This document shows, one piece after another, positions 47,322 through 57,662 of a stretch of DNA of 64,000 bases. This stretch comes from a candidate division FCPU426 bacterium (GTDB lineage: Bacteria > Oederibacteriota > Muellerivitia > Muellerivitales > Muellerivitaceae). The stretch spans positions 32,001 to 96,000 of the forward strand of contig CAWKAR010000033.1 of NCBI GenBank assembly GCA_963847625.1, in the 5' to 3' direction. A program made the translations under genes and the position numbers. Position 1 is the stretch's first letter. Each line of letters starts with the position of its first letter. Below the pieces are notes generated by a model that worked only from the letters and a program-made list of their open reading frames with translations, was not told where the DNA came from and searched no databases.

Positions 47322-50300
47322 TCAGCGACCAGACGGCCCGGGGCCGGGCGATTCAAGACCACGAAACCCTTTTCGCGGTGGATGCGGGCGCGGGCACGGG
47401 GAAAACCACGCTTTTAGTCTCCCGCCTGATCTCCCTGCTGGTGGAAAAAGAAGTTTCACTCGGGAAAATCGCCGCAATCACCTTCACCGAGAAGGCCGCC
47501 GCCGAATTGGTGGACCGGCTCCGTCAGAAATTGGAAAAGGAACTGGTTGAAAATCCCGCCAAAAAGGCCCTGATTCTTCAGGCCTTTCAAGACCTGGAAA
47601 GGGCCCCCATTTCCACCATCCATTCCTTCTGCGCCGCCCTCTTGCGGGAATACCCGGTGGAGGCGGGGGTGGACCCGCGCTTCACGATTCTGGACGATGT
47701 CCAAGCCGGGGCTTTCGAGTCCCAGGCCTGGGAAGACTGGCTGAAAAAATCGCTCAACAAACCGGTGGGGTCTCTGTTCCATTTCCAAAGGTTGGGCGGG
47801 ACCTTCGGGCACCTGGAGGAACTGAAAAGCTTCCTGAAACGAAACCACTCCCTGTTGACTCCACCTGAAAGCCAAGCCTTGCCCGACAGCGCAGATTTCA
47901 GGCGAGCACTGAAAAAATTTCTCCAAAAGGTCCATCCATTGGCGTCTTCTTGCAAAGACTCCTCGGACGGACTTTTCGAAGCCCTTCAACAATTCCAGGG
48001 TGATTGCGCCTTCCTGGGCACAGTTTCGCCGGAAGAGATGGTTTTTGGGCTGGCGGTCCTGGAGATCCCCAAGACCGCAAAGAAGGGGAACCAGAAAAAT
48101 TGGGACAAGACGGTTCTGGACAATATCCGGCGGGAATTTTCCCTGCTTTCCGGGGAGCATGAAATATTTTCCGCCGCCTTCAAGAACGCGGTGGTTTTAA
48201 ACATCGTCCACTGGCTCTGGGATTACCTAAAGGAGTTCGAGGAGAAGAAAAACCGCCAGGGATTCCTGGACTTTGACGACCTGCTTATGAGGACCCGGAA
48301 CCTTTTGAAAGACCATCCCGAAGCCCGGGAGGAATTGAAGAAGCGGCTCGATTATCTGCTGGTGGACGAGTTCCAGGATACGGATCCCCTGCAGGTGGAA
48401 ATCGTCTTTTTCCTCGCGGAAAAAGAAGGAAAAAGCGAGACAAATTGGAAAAAGGTAAAGTTGAAACCCGGCAAACTTTTTCTGGTGGGGGACCCCAAGC
48501 AAAGCATTTACCGGTTCCGCAGGGCGGACGTGGAAATTTACGAGGAAACCAAGAAACTGGTGACGGGTAACGGTGGGCGGGTGGAATTGCTCACGGAGAA
48601 TTTCAGGACCGTGGGGAGCCTGGTCGACTGGGTCAATGCGAGATTCCCGTCCCTTTTCACAGGAACCCCCATCCAGTACAGCGCCCAAAACCCCAGCCGG
48701 AGGGAAAAAAGACCCCCAAAGGCCATTCCGCCACTTATTGGAATCCGGATCGCCGTCCCGCCGGACGAGAAAACAGCCAAGGCTTCCTTGCGTCATCGGG
48801 AAGCGGAATGGACTGCGGCCTTCATCAGTGAAAAACTTCTCAAGGGCGGTTGGACCCTGTCGGACCCCAAGACCCACGAGTTGCGGCCGGTTGAGCCGGG
48901 GGACCTGGCGGTTCTTTTCCGGGATTTGTCCAACGAGAACGAGGAATTTTGGGAGGAAGCCTTCCGCAAGCGGAACCTGTCCTACCAGATCGTCGGGGGC
49001 AAACGGTTTTACAAGCGCCCCGAGATCGTAGCCCTTTCCACGCTCCTTAACTGCCTTTCCTCGCCCGCCGACGAGGCGGCCTGCGTGGCGGCCCTGAGAA
49101 GCTCTCTGTTCGGGTTTACGGACGAGAAAATCTTCCTGCACCGATCCTCCGGAGGCGTTTTTCAATTCCTAAAGCCGGCCCAGAAGGATATGGAAGAAGC
49201 TTTCAGTTTGTTACGCGATCTTTACGAGAAGACCCGCACTCTTTCGGTGTCGGAAACCTTGACCCAGTTCCTCGAAAAAACCAACCTGCTCGCGGTGGTG
49301 GCGGCCCAACCCCACGGGGAACAGCGGGTGGCCAACCTCCTCAAGGTCGTGGACCAAGCCCGTGAGTTGGAAACTTCCCAGCATTTCACCTATCGCGCTT
49401 TTACCCAATGGCTGGCGGCCCAGCAGGAAGACGAAACCATGGAAGGGGAGGCCCCGGGGCCCGACTCCTCGGAGAACCGCGTCACGCTCATGACCATCCA
49501 CAAGGCCAAGGGCCTGGAATTTCCCGTGGTGATTGTCTCGGGAGCCGCCTCCGACAGCAAGGATTCGGGCAGCCTGCTGGAACGTAAGAATTCGGCCGGC
49601 GCCTATAAAGCGGGAAATATAGATTTGGGGCTGAGGACCTTGAACTATGAAGGAGTCCGCTCCGAGGAGCAAATCCAGTGGGAAGCCGAAAATACACGCC
49701 TGCTTTATGTGGCCGCTACCCGGGCGATGGAATGCCTCATCCTGCCCTTTTTTCAGTTACCGATGGACTCCAGAATAAAATCGGAGGACCTCTTTCTCGC
49801 ACCTTTACTGGCTGGCTTGGAAACCTCCCCTGCCCAGGGCTGGGTGGATTTGAATCCCGGCGGAAAAATTTGGGTGGAAAACCCGGAGCCGGGGAAAGTT
49901 TCCCAGGAAGATCCTCCCGCTTTGGTGGTGGATTTGGACGAAAAACTTCTTAAAACCCCGGAAGCCAAAGTCGAAAAGGAAAAAATTTCTGCGCAGGAAG
50001 AGTCGCGAAGGCAAAAAATCCTAAAACTTGTGGGCATTCCGGAATTCCAATCGATTACTAGCAAACTTTCGGTGGATGAGGACAAGCAGGGACGCCAACG
50101 GGAAATCCTGGAGGAGGAAGAAACAAGGTTTTCTTCCCCCGGCGGGAAGGATTTCGGAAGCCTGGTCCACTTGCTCTTGGAAAAAGGCTGGGATTGGAAC
50201 TCCGAAACCCTTTCCCGGGCGGCTCTTCTTTACGGCGAGAAGCTGGGTGTTTCCAAAGAGGAGGCGGAGGAAGCGGCGAAATTGGCCGAAAGAGCCGTAA

Positions 50301-50596
50301 AAAGCGATCTTCTTCAAAGGGCCAGAAAAGCAGACAGGGTTTTCCATGAATTACCTGTGACCGGCGCCCTTGAGAAGGGTAGCTTTCTCAACGCCGTCAT
50401 CGACCTGGCTTTTCTGGAAGGGGACGAATGGGTGCTGGTGGATTACAAGACGGACCGGGACATGGAAAAAGAAAAGGACAAGTACCAAAAACAATTAGGG
50501 TATTACGCCACCCTTCTAACCAATATAACCGGGTACCCGGTTAAGGAAACCTGGCTTTATTTTTTGCGGGATCCACAGGGCCCCCGGATCCTATAA
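47318..50596 (+). CDS. addA: AddA-like UvrD helicase/nuclease
   Basis: AGAGTGKT, ITFTEKAA, VDEFQDT, VGDPKQSIYRFR, TIHKAKGLEF, LYVAATRA and VDYKT; GTG start overlaps the addB stop (GTGA). Confidence 0.9.
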   Translation: MISDQTARGRAIQDHETLFAVDAGAGTGKTTLLVSRLISLLVEKEVSLGKIAAITFTEKAAAELVDRLRQKLEKELVENPAKKALILQAFQDLERAPISTIHSFCAALLREYPVEAGVDPRFTILDDVQAGAFESQAWEDWLKKSLNKPVGSLFHFQRLGGTFGHLEELKSFLKRNHSLLTPPESQALPDSADFRRALKKFLQKVHPLASSCKDSSDGLFEALQQFQGDCAFLGTVSPEEMVFGLAVLEIPKTAKKGNQKNWDKTVLDNIRREFSLLSGEHEIFSAAFKNAVVLNIVHWLWDYLKEFEEKKNRQGFLDFDDLLMRTRNLLKDHPEAREELKKRLDYLLVDEFQDTDPLQVEIVFFLAEKEGKSETNWKKVKLKPGKLFLVGDPKQSIYRFRRADVEIYEETKKLVTGNGGRVELLTENFRTVGSLVDWVNARFPSLFTGTPIQYSAQNPSRREKRPPKAIPPLIGIRIAVPPDEKTAKASLRHREAEWTAAFISEKLLKGGWTLSDPKTHELRPVEPGDLAVLFRDLSNENEEFWEEAFRKRNLSYQIVGGKRFYKRPEIVALSTLLNCLSSPADEAACVAALRSSLFGFTDEKIFLHRSSGGVFQFLKPAQKDMEEAFSLLRDLYEKTRTLSVSETLTQFLEKTNLLAVVAAQPHGEQRVANLLKVVDQARELETSQHFTYRAFTQWLAAQQEDETMEGEAPGPDSSENRVTLMTIHKAKGLEFPVVIVSGAASDSKDSGSLLERKNSAGAYKAGNIDLGLRTLNYEGVRSEEQIQWEAENTRLLYVAATRAMECLILPFFQLPMDSRIKSEDLFLAPLLAGLETSPAQGWVDLNPGGKIWVENPEPGKVSQEDPPALVVDLDEKLLKTPEAKVEKEKISAQEESRRQKILKLVGIPEFQSITSKLSVDEDKQGRQREILEEEETRFSSPGGKDFGSLVHLLLEKGWDWNSETLSRAALLYGEKLGVSKEEAEEAAKLAERAVKSDLLQRARKADRVFHELPVTGALEKGSFLNAVIDLAFLEGDEWVLVDYKTDRDMEKEKDKYQKQLGYYATLLTNITGYPVKETWLYFLRDPQGPRIL

Positions 50597-50598
50597 AA

Positions 50599-52719
50599 CT
50601 AAGGGGAGGAAACATCCAACTCCCTGATTTCCTGAAGGAGCAAAGGGTTTCCGGGGGATTGAACAAGCGCTTTTTCGAACATCCGCCGGGCGTCAGACTT
50701 TTCACCTTCTGTGGCCAATAACCGGCCATATTTTTCACATAAAACCTCGTCCCGGTAACTCTTTCCAAAGGATTGTTGAAACAGATTGGAAAAAGTATGT
50801 CCATTCACCCAGGCGTCCTCCGGGTGGAAAGTCTTCTCCCAAGAATAATTGAAAAGCAATTTCTCGAAAAACAGGGATTGGAGAAATGGATCGGGAGGGA
50901 GAGAGGGATAAAATTCTATCAACCTCGTCAAGATTTTCCGCCGGTTTTGACGGGATGGAATATCGATTATTTGCAAATTGATTTCTTGATTGAAGGCGTA
51001 AAAATCTTTCCAAGAGTTGAATAAGGGAACCAATTTGGGATTTAAAGAAAAAAAGCCCAGCGAATACCGGCTGGAGATTCCAGTTTGTCCAATCGGCAGA
51101 TTCAACCAACGGCTTTGGGGAAATCGAGCGGAAAGAAAGGGAACGTATTGCCTCTCAGTGAACAACGCCGCCCATTGGATCGACACATCTGGAAGTTTCG
51201 GATTCAAGGCGGCATTAAAGAAATAACTGCAGTAGGTTAATGAGTATTCCGGCGGATTAGTGACCATGTCGGAAAAAACGAAACCGGGGCCTTGTTCTTT
51301 AGAAGTCAAATTTAAGAAATCAAAGTAAGCCTTTTGCTCATTTTGGGAATGCAAGTTGATGATCCCGGAGCGGCTGACATCGATGCAGGAGGAGAGAAGA
51401 ATGAAGGCAATAAGGACCGGAATTCTTTTCCCGGGGTTTAAACTAAGAATAAGGGCTTGGAGGCCAATGACGGTAAAAATAAGAAGTATGGGAAGAACGA
51501 GCAATATCCGGTGGAATTCGATATCGCGGGAAAGTATTCCCGGCAGCAGAAACAAAACAGCGGCCCCGCCTAAGAACCGGGAAACGGGTTCCCTACGGAA
51601 TTTGTACAGTTCGACCAACCCCACGAAAAAACAGGAACTTAGGATTACATTCAGGAATCCGCCCCCGAAAGGCCGCCAGGTTCCTTCTGCAAGGCCTCCG
51701 AAGAAAAGACCCGAACCATAGCTGCCGATGAGGCGAACCTGCTTCATCCAATCAAAACCATTCATAAGGGAGTTATCCATAAGATAACCGCCATATTTTT
51801 CCGTCCGGATGGAATAAAGAAAAGGCAATAAAGAAAGGATGAAAAATAATATAAATATAAAAGCGGCTCCGATATTATTTTTAAAGTCTTTCCATAGAAT
51901 CCAACTCATGGTGACGAAAATCAGAAGAAATAAAACTGGCCAGGGGAAGAAAGTATAGGGACCTAATCCCAGAAACAAACCCAACCCGCAGGCCCAGTAT
52001 TTCCGCTTTGAAGGACCGGATTTTAAGAATCGTCCCAAGAAATAAAGGACGCCGAATTCCCAAAGCGGAAGCGTGATCCCCGGAAGAAAAACGTTGCTGA
52101 TGGTGAGCAACCAGTAATGAAAAGCCATCAAGGCAATAAGAATAAAAGCGATTAAACGGGAAAAGTAAATTCGGGCTGCGTGGTACCCCGCCCAGAGTGT
52201 CAATATGGAAATAACCGCAGGCGGGATTTGGGTCCCTAAAAGAGGGGCGTGGGTTGTTTTTAAGACCAGATAACAAAGATAGCTTAAAGTGCTGGGTATC
52301 TGAGAAATATTGACGAATGGAATCCAACGCCAATGATTAAATAAGGCGACGGCTTCGAGGGCATTCAAACTCTCATCCCCGCCCGGCCACCAGTCCGAAC
52401 AGCCCAGTTTGTAGATCCTTAGAACAAGCGATGAGAGGAGAAAGACCAGCCAAATAGGTTGTAATATGGAAACACCTGTTAATTGGCTCTCTAAAACAAA
52501 GGAAGGTTTTTCATTGAGGGGAGGGGTACGGGAAAATTTTAGGAATAAGAAAAGCGGAACCATAAGACCCAACAGCAGGATGAAAAGCTTCGTGTTCATG
52601 GGCCATGAAAAGTATGTTAGAAGAATTTCAGCGATTAATACGACAAAAAAGAAAACCCATGGATGGTGTGAAAGATTCAAATCCTGAAAAAACGGGGTTT
52701 TTAAAGAATGATTTTTCAT
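50599..52719 (-). CDS. ArnT/PMT-like (GT-C) membrane glycosyltransferase with TPR tail
   Basis: LRIYKL..WPGGDE, GGFLN and FLLPG; many TM helices. Confidence 0.75.
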   Translation of the reverse strand: MKNHSLKTPFFQDLNLSHHPWVFFFVVLIAEILLTYFSWPMNTKLFILLLGLMVPLFLFLKFSRTPPLNEKPSFVLESQLTGVSILQPIWLVFLLSSLVLRIYKLGCSDWWPGGDESLNALEAVALFNHWRWIPFVNISQIPSTLSYLCYLVLKTTHAPLLGTQIPPAVISILTLWAGYHAARIYFSRLIAFILIALMAFHYWLLTISNVFLPGITLPLWEFGVLYFLGRFLKSGPSKRKYWACGLGLFLGLGPYTFFPWPVLFLLIFVTMSWILWKDFKNNIGAAFIFILFFILSLLPFLYSIRTEKYGGYLMDNSLMNGFDWMKQVRLIGSYGSGLFFGGLAEGTWRPFGGGFLNVILSSCFFVGLVELYKFRREPVSRFLGGAAVLFLLPGILSRDIEFHRILLVLPILLIFTVIGLQALILSLNPGKRIPVLIAFILLSSCIDVSRSGIINLHSQNEQKAYFDFLNLTSKEQGPGFVFSDMVTNPPEYSLTYCSYFFNAALNPKLPDVSIQWAALFTERQYVPFLSARFPQSRWLNLPIGQTGISSRYSLGFFSLNPKLVPLFNSWKDFYAFNQEINLQIIDIPSRQNRRKILTRLIEFYPSLPPDPFLQSLFFEKLLFNYSWEKTFHPEDAWVNGHTFSNLFQQSFGKSYRDEVLCEKYGRLLATEGEKSDARRMFEKALVQSPGNPLLLQEIRELDVSSP

Positions 52720-52726
52720 TATCGCC

Positions 52727-52942
52727 TCAGTGGAAAAGTGGAAAAGCCAGGCAGCCGATTGTAATCAACCGCCAATCGGCGGCCAGGAAAGGCGCGCCTA
52801 TTCCAATCAAGGCCACCCATAATTTAAAAACCAAGGATGCCGGAGCGCAGTTAAGGAAAAGGCCGGAAAGTGTCCAAATAACCACCAAGAAAATAGGTGA
52901 AAGCCTATCGCCGGGTGTAAGGATCTTCTTATTCAATTTCAA
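52727..52942 (-). pseudogene. 5' remnant of a GT-C paralog
   Basis: Two TM helices (..FKLWVALIGIGAPF) resembling the paralog N-termini (..AKLWIGFLGWLLPL); GGAGG RBS. Confidence 0.5.
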
Positions 52943-53054
52943 GGATTTACCTCCAGTGCTTTTAGAACCGGGGTGGCAGGCAATAAACCGGTTTTAGTAG
53001 ACAATAGGAATTCTTTTTGCCTGCCGCCAAACCGCTATCAAGAAAATTCTCAAT

Positions 53055-53417
53055 TTACCGGATACCCGTGGCTTTCAACCATTCGTTCAAATGCTTATCG
53101 ATCCCATTCAACCGTTTCACCCATCGGTCATGCAGTTCTTGTGAAAGAAGCACCTTTTTCAGGCAGAGAGACATCAAGGGCACGCATTCGTGGGTGAGGG
53201 CGACCGCATCCTGGAGGAACTTTTGGGTACGCGCCGCACTTTTGGATTTCTGGGCATTGGAAACGGCCTGCGAAAGCGCGTGAACTTTGCGTTTCAATCT
53301 CTCGACAGCGGCGTTTTTCAAGGCCCAGGGCAAGTGCTGGTAGGTCTTGTTGAGCTCACTCGCCAGGTCGTCACACAAAGTGGCAAGGTTGATATTCAAA
53401 AAGTCGGATTCCGTCAC
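53055..53417 (-). CDS. Four-helix-bundle-like protein
   Basis: 120-aa helical ORF whose pattern (LP, FL..A, E....L, W) resembles four-helix-bundle/Avd-like proteins. Confidence 0.5.
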   Translation of the reverse strand: MTESDFLNINLATLCDDLASELNKTYQHLPWALKNAAVERLKRKVHALSQAVSNAQKSKSAARTQKFLQDAVALTHECVPLMSLCLKKVLLSQELHDRWVKRLNGIDKHLNEWLKATGIR

Positions 53418-53569
53418 CTAAAGATTATAGCCACTCGATTGCTTTTGGAATGGTGGAATTATTTTTAAACGTTGGCTACCACGTCATCCTCCCTAAAGCC
53501 ATGATCAATGGTTCGCTTAGAAACTCAAAATTGATTCTTTTTTTGTGGGAAAGTTGGCAGGGGCCACCG

Positions 53570-55762
53570 TTATTGGACATGTATTTTTTTGAGTTGATTT
53601 TGTTCCAGACGATCCAGCTTTTCTAAAGTTTCCTTAGGCGGACGGAAAAATGGATCTAATCGTCCCGCTATTTCATAGGACCGCCGAGCTTCGTGGTATT
53701 TCCCCGATGCAAAAAAAAGGTTTCCTAAGAAATGGTAGTTTTCGGCAGAAGGATAACCTTTCTTTAAACCCCATTGAACAGCCGAAAGAATCCTTGATTC
53801 GGGTTGTCCGGCCGACATCAAGTTATCGACAACCACTTTCCAAAAATGGGACTCTAAAAAAAGATCGCTCTTAAAGAGTTTATGATTTTCAAAGAGCCGG
53901 TAGTTCATGTCTTCACGGAAATGCAAATTCACTGGATTTAAGCTTTCATAAAACAAATCCTGGAGGAATAAATTGGCAATGGACCACCGCTGGAAAGTTT
54001 CAGTATTTTGATTTGTGAGGGATGTCACCATCATCCAATAACGATGAGGAGGAGCGTTTGGGTATAAAGAAGGTCCTAGCTCAAACCATTTTGATTTTGG
54101 AAACCTTTGACTTAGAAACAACACGTCAGGTGTTTCAACCAATACAGCCGCCCAACGTGCCTTTTCAAAGCCCAGGGAGGAATTTCTTTGAGCATCGAAA
54201 GGAAAGCAAGCCACCGTCAGGCTTTGCTCCTTCGGATCTTTTCCCAAGCAGGTTGTGAACTCATTCAAAACTAATCCAGGCTCGCGTGTAACTTGAATCT
54301 GCTTCAGTATTTGGTATGCGTCGTAACACTGCCGTTGTTTGGCGTATTGTTCCCATTTTTCCGGGTGGGATTTCCAAAAATTAGGATAGATCCAAGATAA
54401 ATGAAAAAAATCTATTCCAAAGGAACAAAGACAGATCATTCCCAGAAAGTAGACGGTTTTTTCCCCTGGGAGTCTTATTAACAACACTTGAAAACCAAGC
54501 GCCACACAGAATAACAAGAGGGGTAATACTGGAAGAATTCGAAATATCTCAAAATTACTTGTCAAAAAACCGGGCAGAAGAAAAAGAAGGAAAGCACCCA
54601 TGATCCAACGTACCCATGGATGACGCCGTTGTTGAACAAGTTCAATTAGTCCTAAAAAAAATAAGGTATCCATCAAAGGATTGAGAAAGCCTCCCCAAAG
54701 GGGCCTGTAACCGAACTCATGAATTTCTGGGTCTATTCCCCAAAAAAGGGCAGTTAAGTAGGAACCGGCGATTTGTAGGTAATGAATCAAGGAAATATTA
54801 TTTTTAAAGACCCAAAGACTTTCGAGGTAAGTATTTGTTGGAAGATTTACGTATTGGATAATCAAAGGAATCAGAAGTAAAAAAATCGGGAGAAATCCGA
54901 TTAAAAAGAGAAATATCTGTTGGCCCGTTTTTTTAATTGAACGCAGGGAGCAAAGATAGGCTATGCCGATCATGAACGCGATGAGAGGCCAGTGGAGATT
55001 GATATAGAAACCAAGACCCAGGCCAAGACTCAGGCATAAACCCCTTCGAATTTTTAACTCAAAAGATCGCGCATGCAGGTAATGACCCAGAAGAAGCAGA
55101 CAAAAACACTCCCAAAAGGGAATTAGAATGGGGGAAATATTAAATCGCCCAAGATAGAGGGGCCAGAAACAAAATGACCAAAATAACGCCATTAAAGTAG
55201 AGAAAGATTTCGAAAAAAAATGTCTGGAAGCCAAGTATCCCATAGTCAATGTTCCCATTGAAATTAAAGCGGGAAAAAGCCAAAGCGAAAACAGGGAAGG
55301 AGGAATAATTTTGAAAAAAAGAGCTAATAACCAATAAAAACCTGGTGGCAAATGACTGATGCCGAAGAAAAGATTCCAATGCCATTGGTGATTCAATTGC
55401 GTGGCAAAAAAAGCAGAAGCACCTTCGTCGGTTGTGGGCCAGACCGGAAGGTCGGTAAGTTTGTAAAGCCGTACGGCCAAAGCCAGCCCGATCAGGGTGG
55501 TCCAGAACCAAAGGGGCAAGGCCGGTAAGGATTCATATGCCCAAGGAGGTTTATTCTTTGGCTCGGGAGCATGGCGGACCAGGATGGCGGCGGCCATAAT
55601 GGGAAGGAAACCCAGCAGGAAAATCCAAAATTGTCCCGACAAAGGGAGGGGGGCATAAGACAATATGGCACTCAATAATCCAAGAGAAACAAAGTAGATC
55701 CATGGATTTTTAGGCAAGGCTTGAGTAAATTGGGCATGGTCGGATGAGAAATTCCAAGTCAA
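53570..55762 (-). CDS. ArnT/PMT-like (GT-C) membrane glycosyltransferase with TPR tail
   Basis: VRLYKL..WPTTDEG, FWPLYLGRF and WGGFLNP motifs. Confidence 0.78.
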   Translation of the reverse strand: MTWNFSSDHAQFTQALPKNPWIYFVSLGLLSAILSYAPLPLSGQFWIFLLGFLPIMAAAILVRHAPEPKNKPPWAYESLPALPLWFWTTLIGLALAVRLYKLTDLPVWPTTDEGASAFFATQLNHQWHWNLFFGISHLPPGFYWLLALFFKIIPPSLFSLWLFPALISMGTLTMGYLASRHFFSKSFSTLMALFWSFCFWPLYLGRFNISPILIPFWECFCLLLLGHYLHARSFELKIRRGLCLSLGLGLGFYINLHWPLIAFMIGIAYLCSLRSIKKTGQQIFLFLIGFLPIFLLLIPLIIQYVNLPTNTYLESLWVFKNNISLIHYLQIAGSYLTALFWGIDPEIHEFGYRPLWGGFLNPLMDTLFFLGLIELVQQRRHPWVRWIMGAFLLFLLPGFLTSNFEIFRILPVLPLLLFCVALGFQVLLIRLPGEKTVYFLGMICLCSFGIDFFHLSWIYPNFWKSHPEKWEQYAKQRQCYDAYQILKQIQVTREPGLVLNEFTTCLGKDPKEQSLTVACFPFDAQRNSSLGFEKARWAAVLVETPDVLFLSQRFPKSKWFELGPSLYPNAPPHRYWMMVTSLTNQNTETFQRWSIANLFLQDLFYESLNPVNLHFREDMNYRLFENHKLFKSDLFLESHFWKVVVDNLMSAGQPESRILSAVQWGLKKGYPSAENYHFLGNLFFASGKYHEARRSYEIAGRLDPFFRPPKETLEKLDRLEQNQLKKIHVQ

Positions 55763-56014
55763 TTCATTTTCTCCCCACGGAAGAGGCTTTTCTCCAATAG
55801 GAAAATTCCAATCGAAGAAATTTTTTCGGCAAATTTTCCATATTTTTTAATCTTAACACACCTTTTCAAAGGGTCCAATTTGAATCCCAAACTTTTCATC
55901 CAGAAACCCTTTTGTGCCGGAACCAAGTTCCTTTTCCCGTCGTTTTTTTATCGCCTGACCAGTGTGGAAGATATAATTTAGAATCACTCTTGAAAATTCA
56001 GAAAGAAGTTCTCA

Positions 56015-57556
56015 TTGAATCGAGAAGAAAAAACCAAGGTCTTCGAGTATATCGCTTTTACCATAATGGCGGTAATCATTTGCCTGGAGCGATGGCACAC
56101 CTACCTGGAACCGCTCGAGCGGGACATTACGACTTACGCAGTCATTGGACACGAACTGCTTTCAGGCAGAAAACTTTATTCGGATCTTTGGGATTGCAAA
56201 CCTCCCGTCCTTTACTTTTCCTTTTCCATGGCGGAAGTCCTGGCCGGATACGGTCCCTCCGAAATCTACCTGCTCAATATCCTAACGGGCCTTTTGACCC
56301 TGTGGGGCGTGTACCGGGCGGGCTGCCGGATCGGCGGAAGGGCAGGAGGCCTGTGGGCTTCCCTTTTTTGGTCGGTTCTTTCAGGTGACCTTTACCTTCA
56401 AGCCAACCAGCCGAATATCGAAGTTTTCCTTAACGCATGCCTCACTTGGGCTTTTGTCTTTTGGCTGGGAGTCGGCGAAAAAAAATTTGATGCGCGAAAG
56501 GGGGCGGCCGTCGGGTTTTTACTTGCTTTAGCCTCGCTTTATAAACATGTTTTCATTTTCAGTGACATCCTGATGGGCCTGCTTTACCTGGGTTTACAAT
56601 GGAAAAATCATCTTGCCAGGCGAGCCGCTTATTCCATGGTTCTTTGGATTTTTGGGTTTTTATCCGCAACCTGGGTCCTCCTGGTGGGGTACTTCGCCCT
56701 GACCCAGCGGATAAAAGACTTCATAGGCGCTATCGTTATCTACAATTTTTTCAACAATCACTTCGGTGTTGGCCGGGTTTCCATTTTTCTAGAGTTCTTC
56801 CAACACAATCAAACCGGTATGGAATTCCCGATTTTTATCCTACCCCTTTTGTTGTTGAGCTTAGGAGGGATTTTATTCCGCGATGAAAAAAATATTCAAC
56901 CTTGGCTTTTATGGTTGGTTTTTCTCATTTCCTCTGAAGCCGCCCTTTTTGCACCTGGTCTCTTCCTTCCCCATTATTACCAACTCCTGCTGCCATGGCT
57001 TGTGATCGGAGGAGGTTGGAGTTCGGCCCGATTGGGACAAGTCCTTTCTGGTCGATGGAAAAAAACTTCCCTTTTACCCGGAATTCTCGTGCTCCTTATC
57101 CTGATTTTCCATGAAGCGCCCTTTTACCAGTGGCCGGCGGTGACTTGGTCGGAAAAAAAATACGGGGACGTTTTTACACAAACGGTCGATTTGGCGAAAA
57201 GGGTCGATCAAATCCTAGAACCAGGTGAGACCTTTTATGAATGGGGGAACGAAACGGGCCTTTATTTTCTGACAAAAAGGTCCCCTCCTTGTGGGCTTTT
57301 TTATGGTTTTCCGCTGATGATTTCCAACTTGACGGATACCTTAAGCCTCAAAACCATTGAGCAACTGGGAAAAAACAAACCCGAGCTTTTCATTTTTTAC
57401 ACAGGTTATCTGCCAGAAGGCTGGGGGCGGAATCCTCTAATGGTTTGGCTCCGGGAACATTACCGATTATTGCCTGGTGAAAAAAAAGGGGGGAAATTCC
57501 TTTTTCTGATGCGAAAAGGAGGGCGTTTGGAAAAAAGGCTTTCCGATAAGATCTGA
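56015..57556 (+). CDS. ArnT/PMT-like (GT-C) membrane glycosyltransferase, different subfamily
   Basis: ERDITTY..G..LYSDLWDCKPP, NIE, K and HYY motifs. Confidence 0.78.
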   Translation: MNREEKTKVFEYIAFTIMAVIICLERWHTYLEPLERDITTYAVIGHELLSGRKLYSDLWDCKPPVLYFSFSMAEVLAGYGPSEIYLLNILTGLLTLWGVYRAGCRIGGRAGGLWASLFWSVLSGDLYLQANQPNIEVFLNACLTWAFVFWLGVGEKKFDARKGAAVGFLLALASLYKHVFIFSDILMGLLYLGLQWKNHLARRAAYSMVLWIFGFLSATWVLLVGYFALTQRIKDFIGAIVIYNFFNNHFGVGRVSIFLEFFQHNQTGMEFPIFILPLLLLSLGGILFRDEKNIQPWLLWLVFLISSEAALFAPGLFLPHYYQLLLPWLVIGGGWSSARLGQVLSGRWKKTSLLPGILVLLILIFHEAPFYQWPAVTWSEKKYGDVFTQTVDLAKRVDQILEPGETFYEWGNETGLYFLTKRSPPCGLFYGFPLMISNLTDTLSLKTIEQLGKNKPELFIFYTGYLPEGWGRNPLMVWLREHYRLLPGEKKGGKFLFLMRKGGRLEKRLSDKI

Positions 57557-57662
57557 GATCACAAGAGTCGCTGTTCCATTTAAAAGTCCCCATGGAATTC
57601 AAGCAATTTTCGAAGAAAAGAAGGCCAAGGATTAATCGAAAGGTTGGAAAGAATCCGGGATT

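Noticed and set aside
53055..53417. Diversity-generating retroelement (Avd-like protein plus duplicated segments)
   Set aside because: No reverse transcriptase in the window, and differences between the duplicated segments are not adenine-specific.
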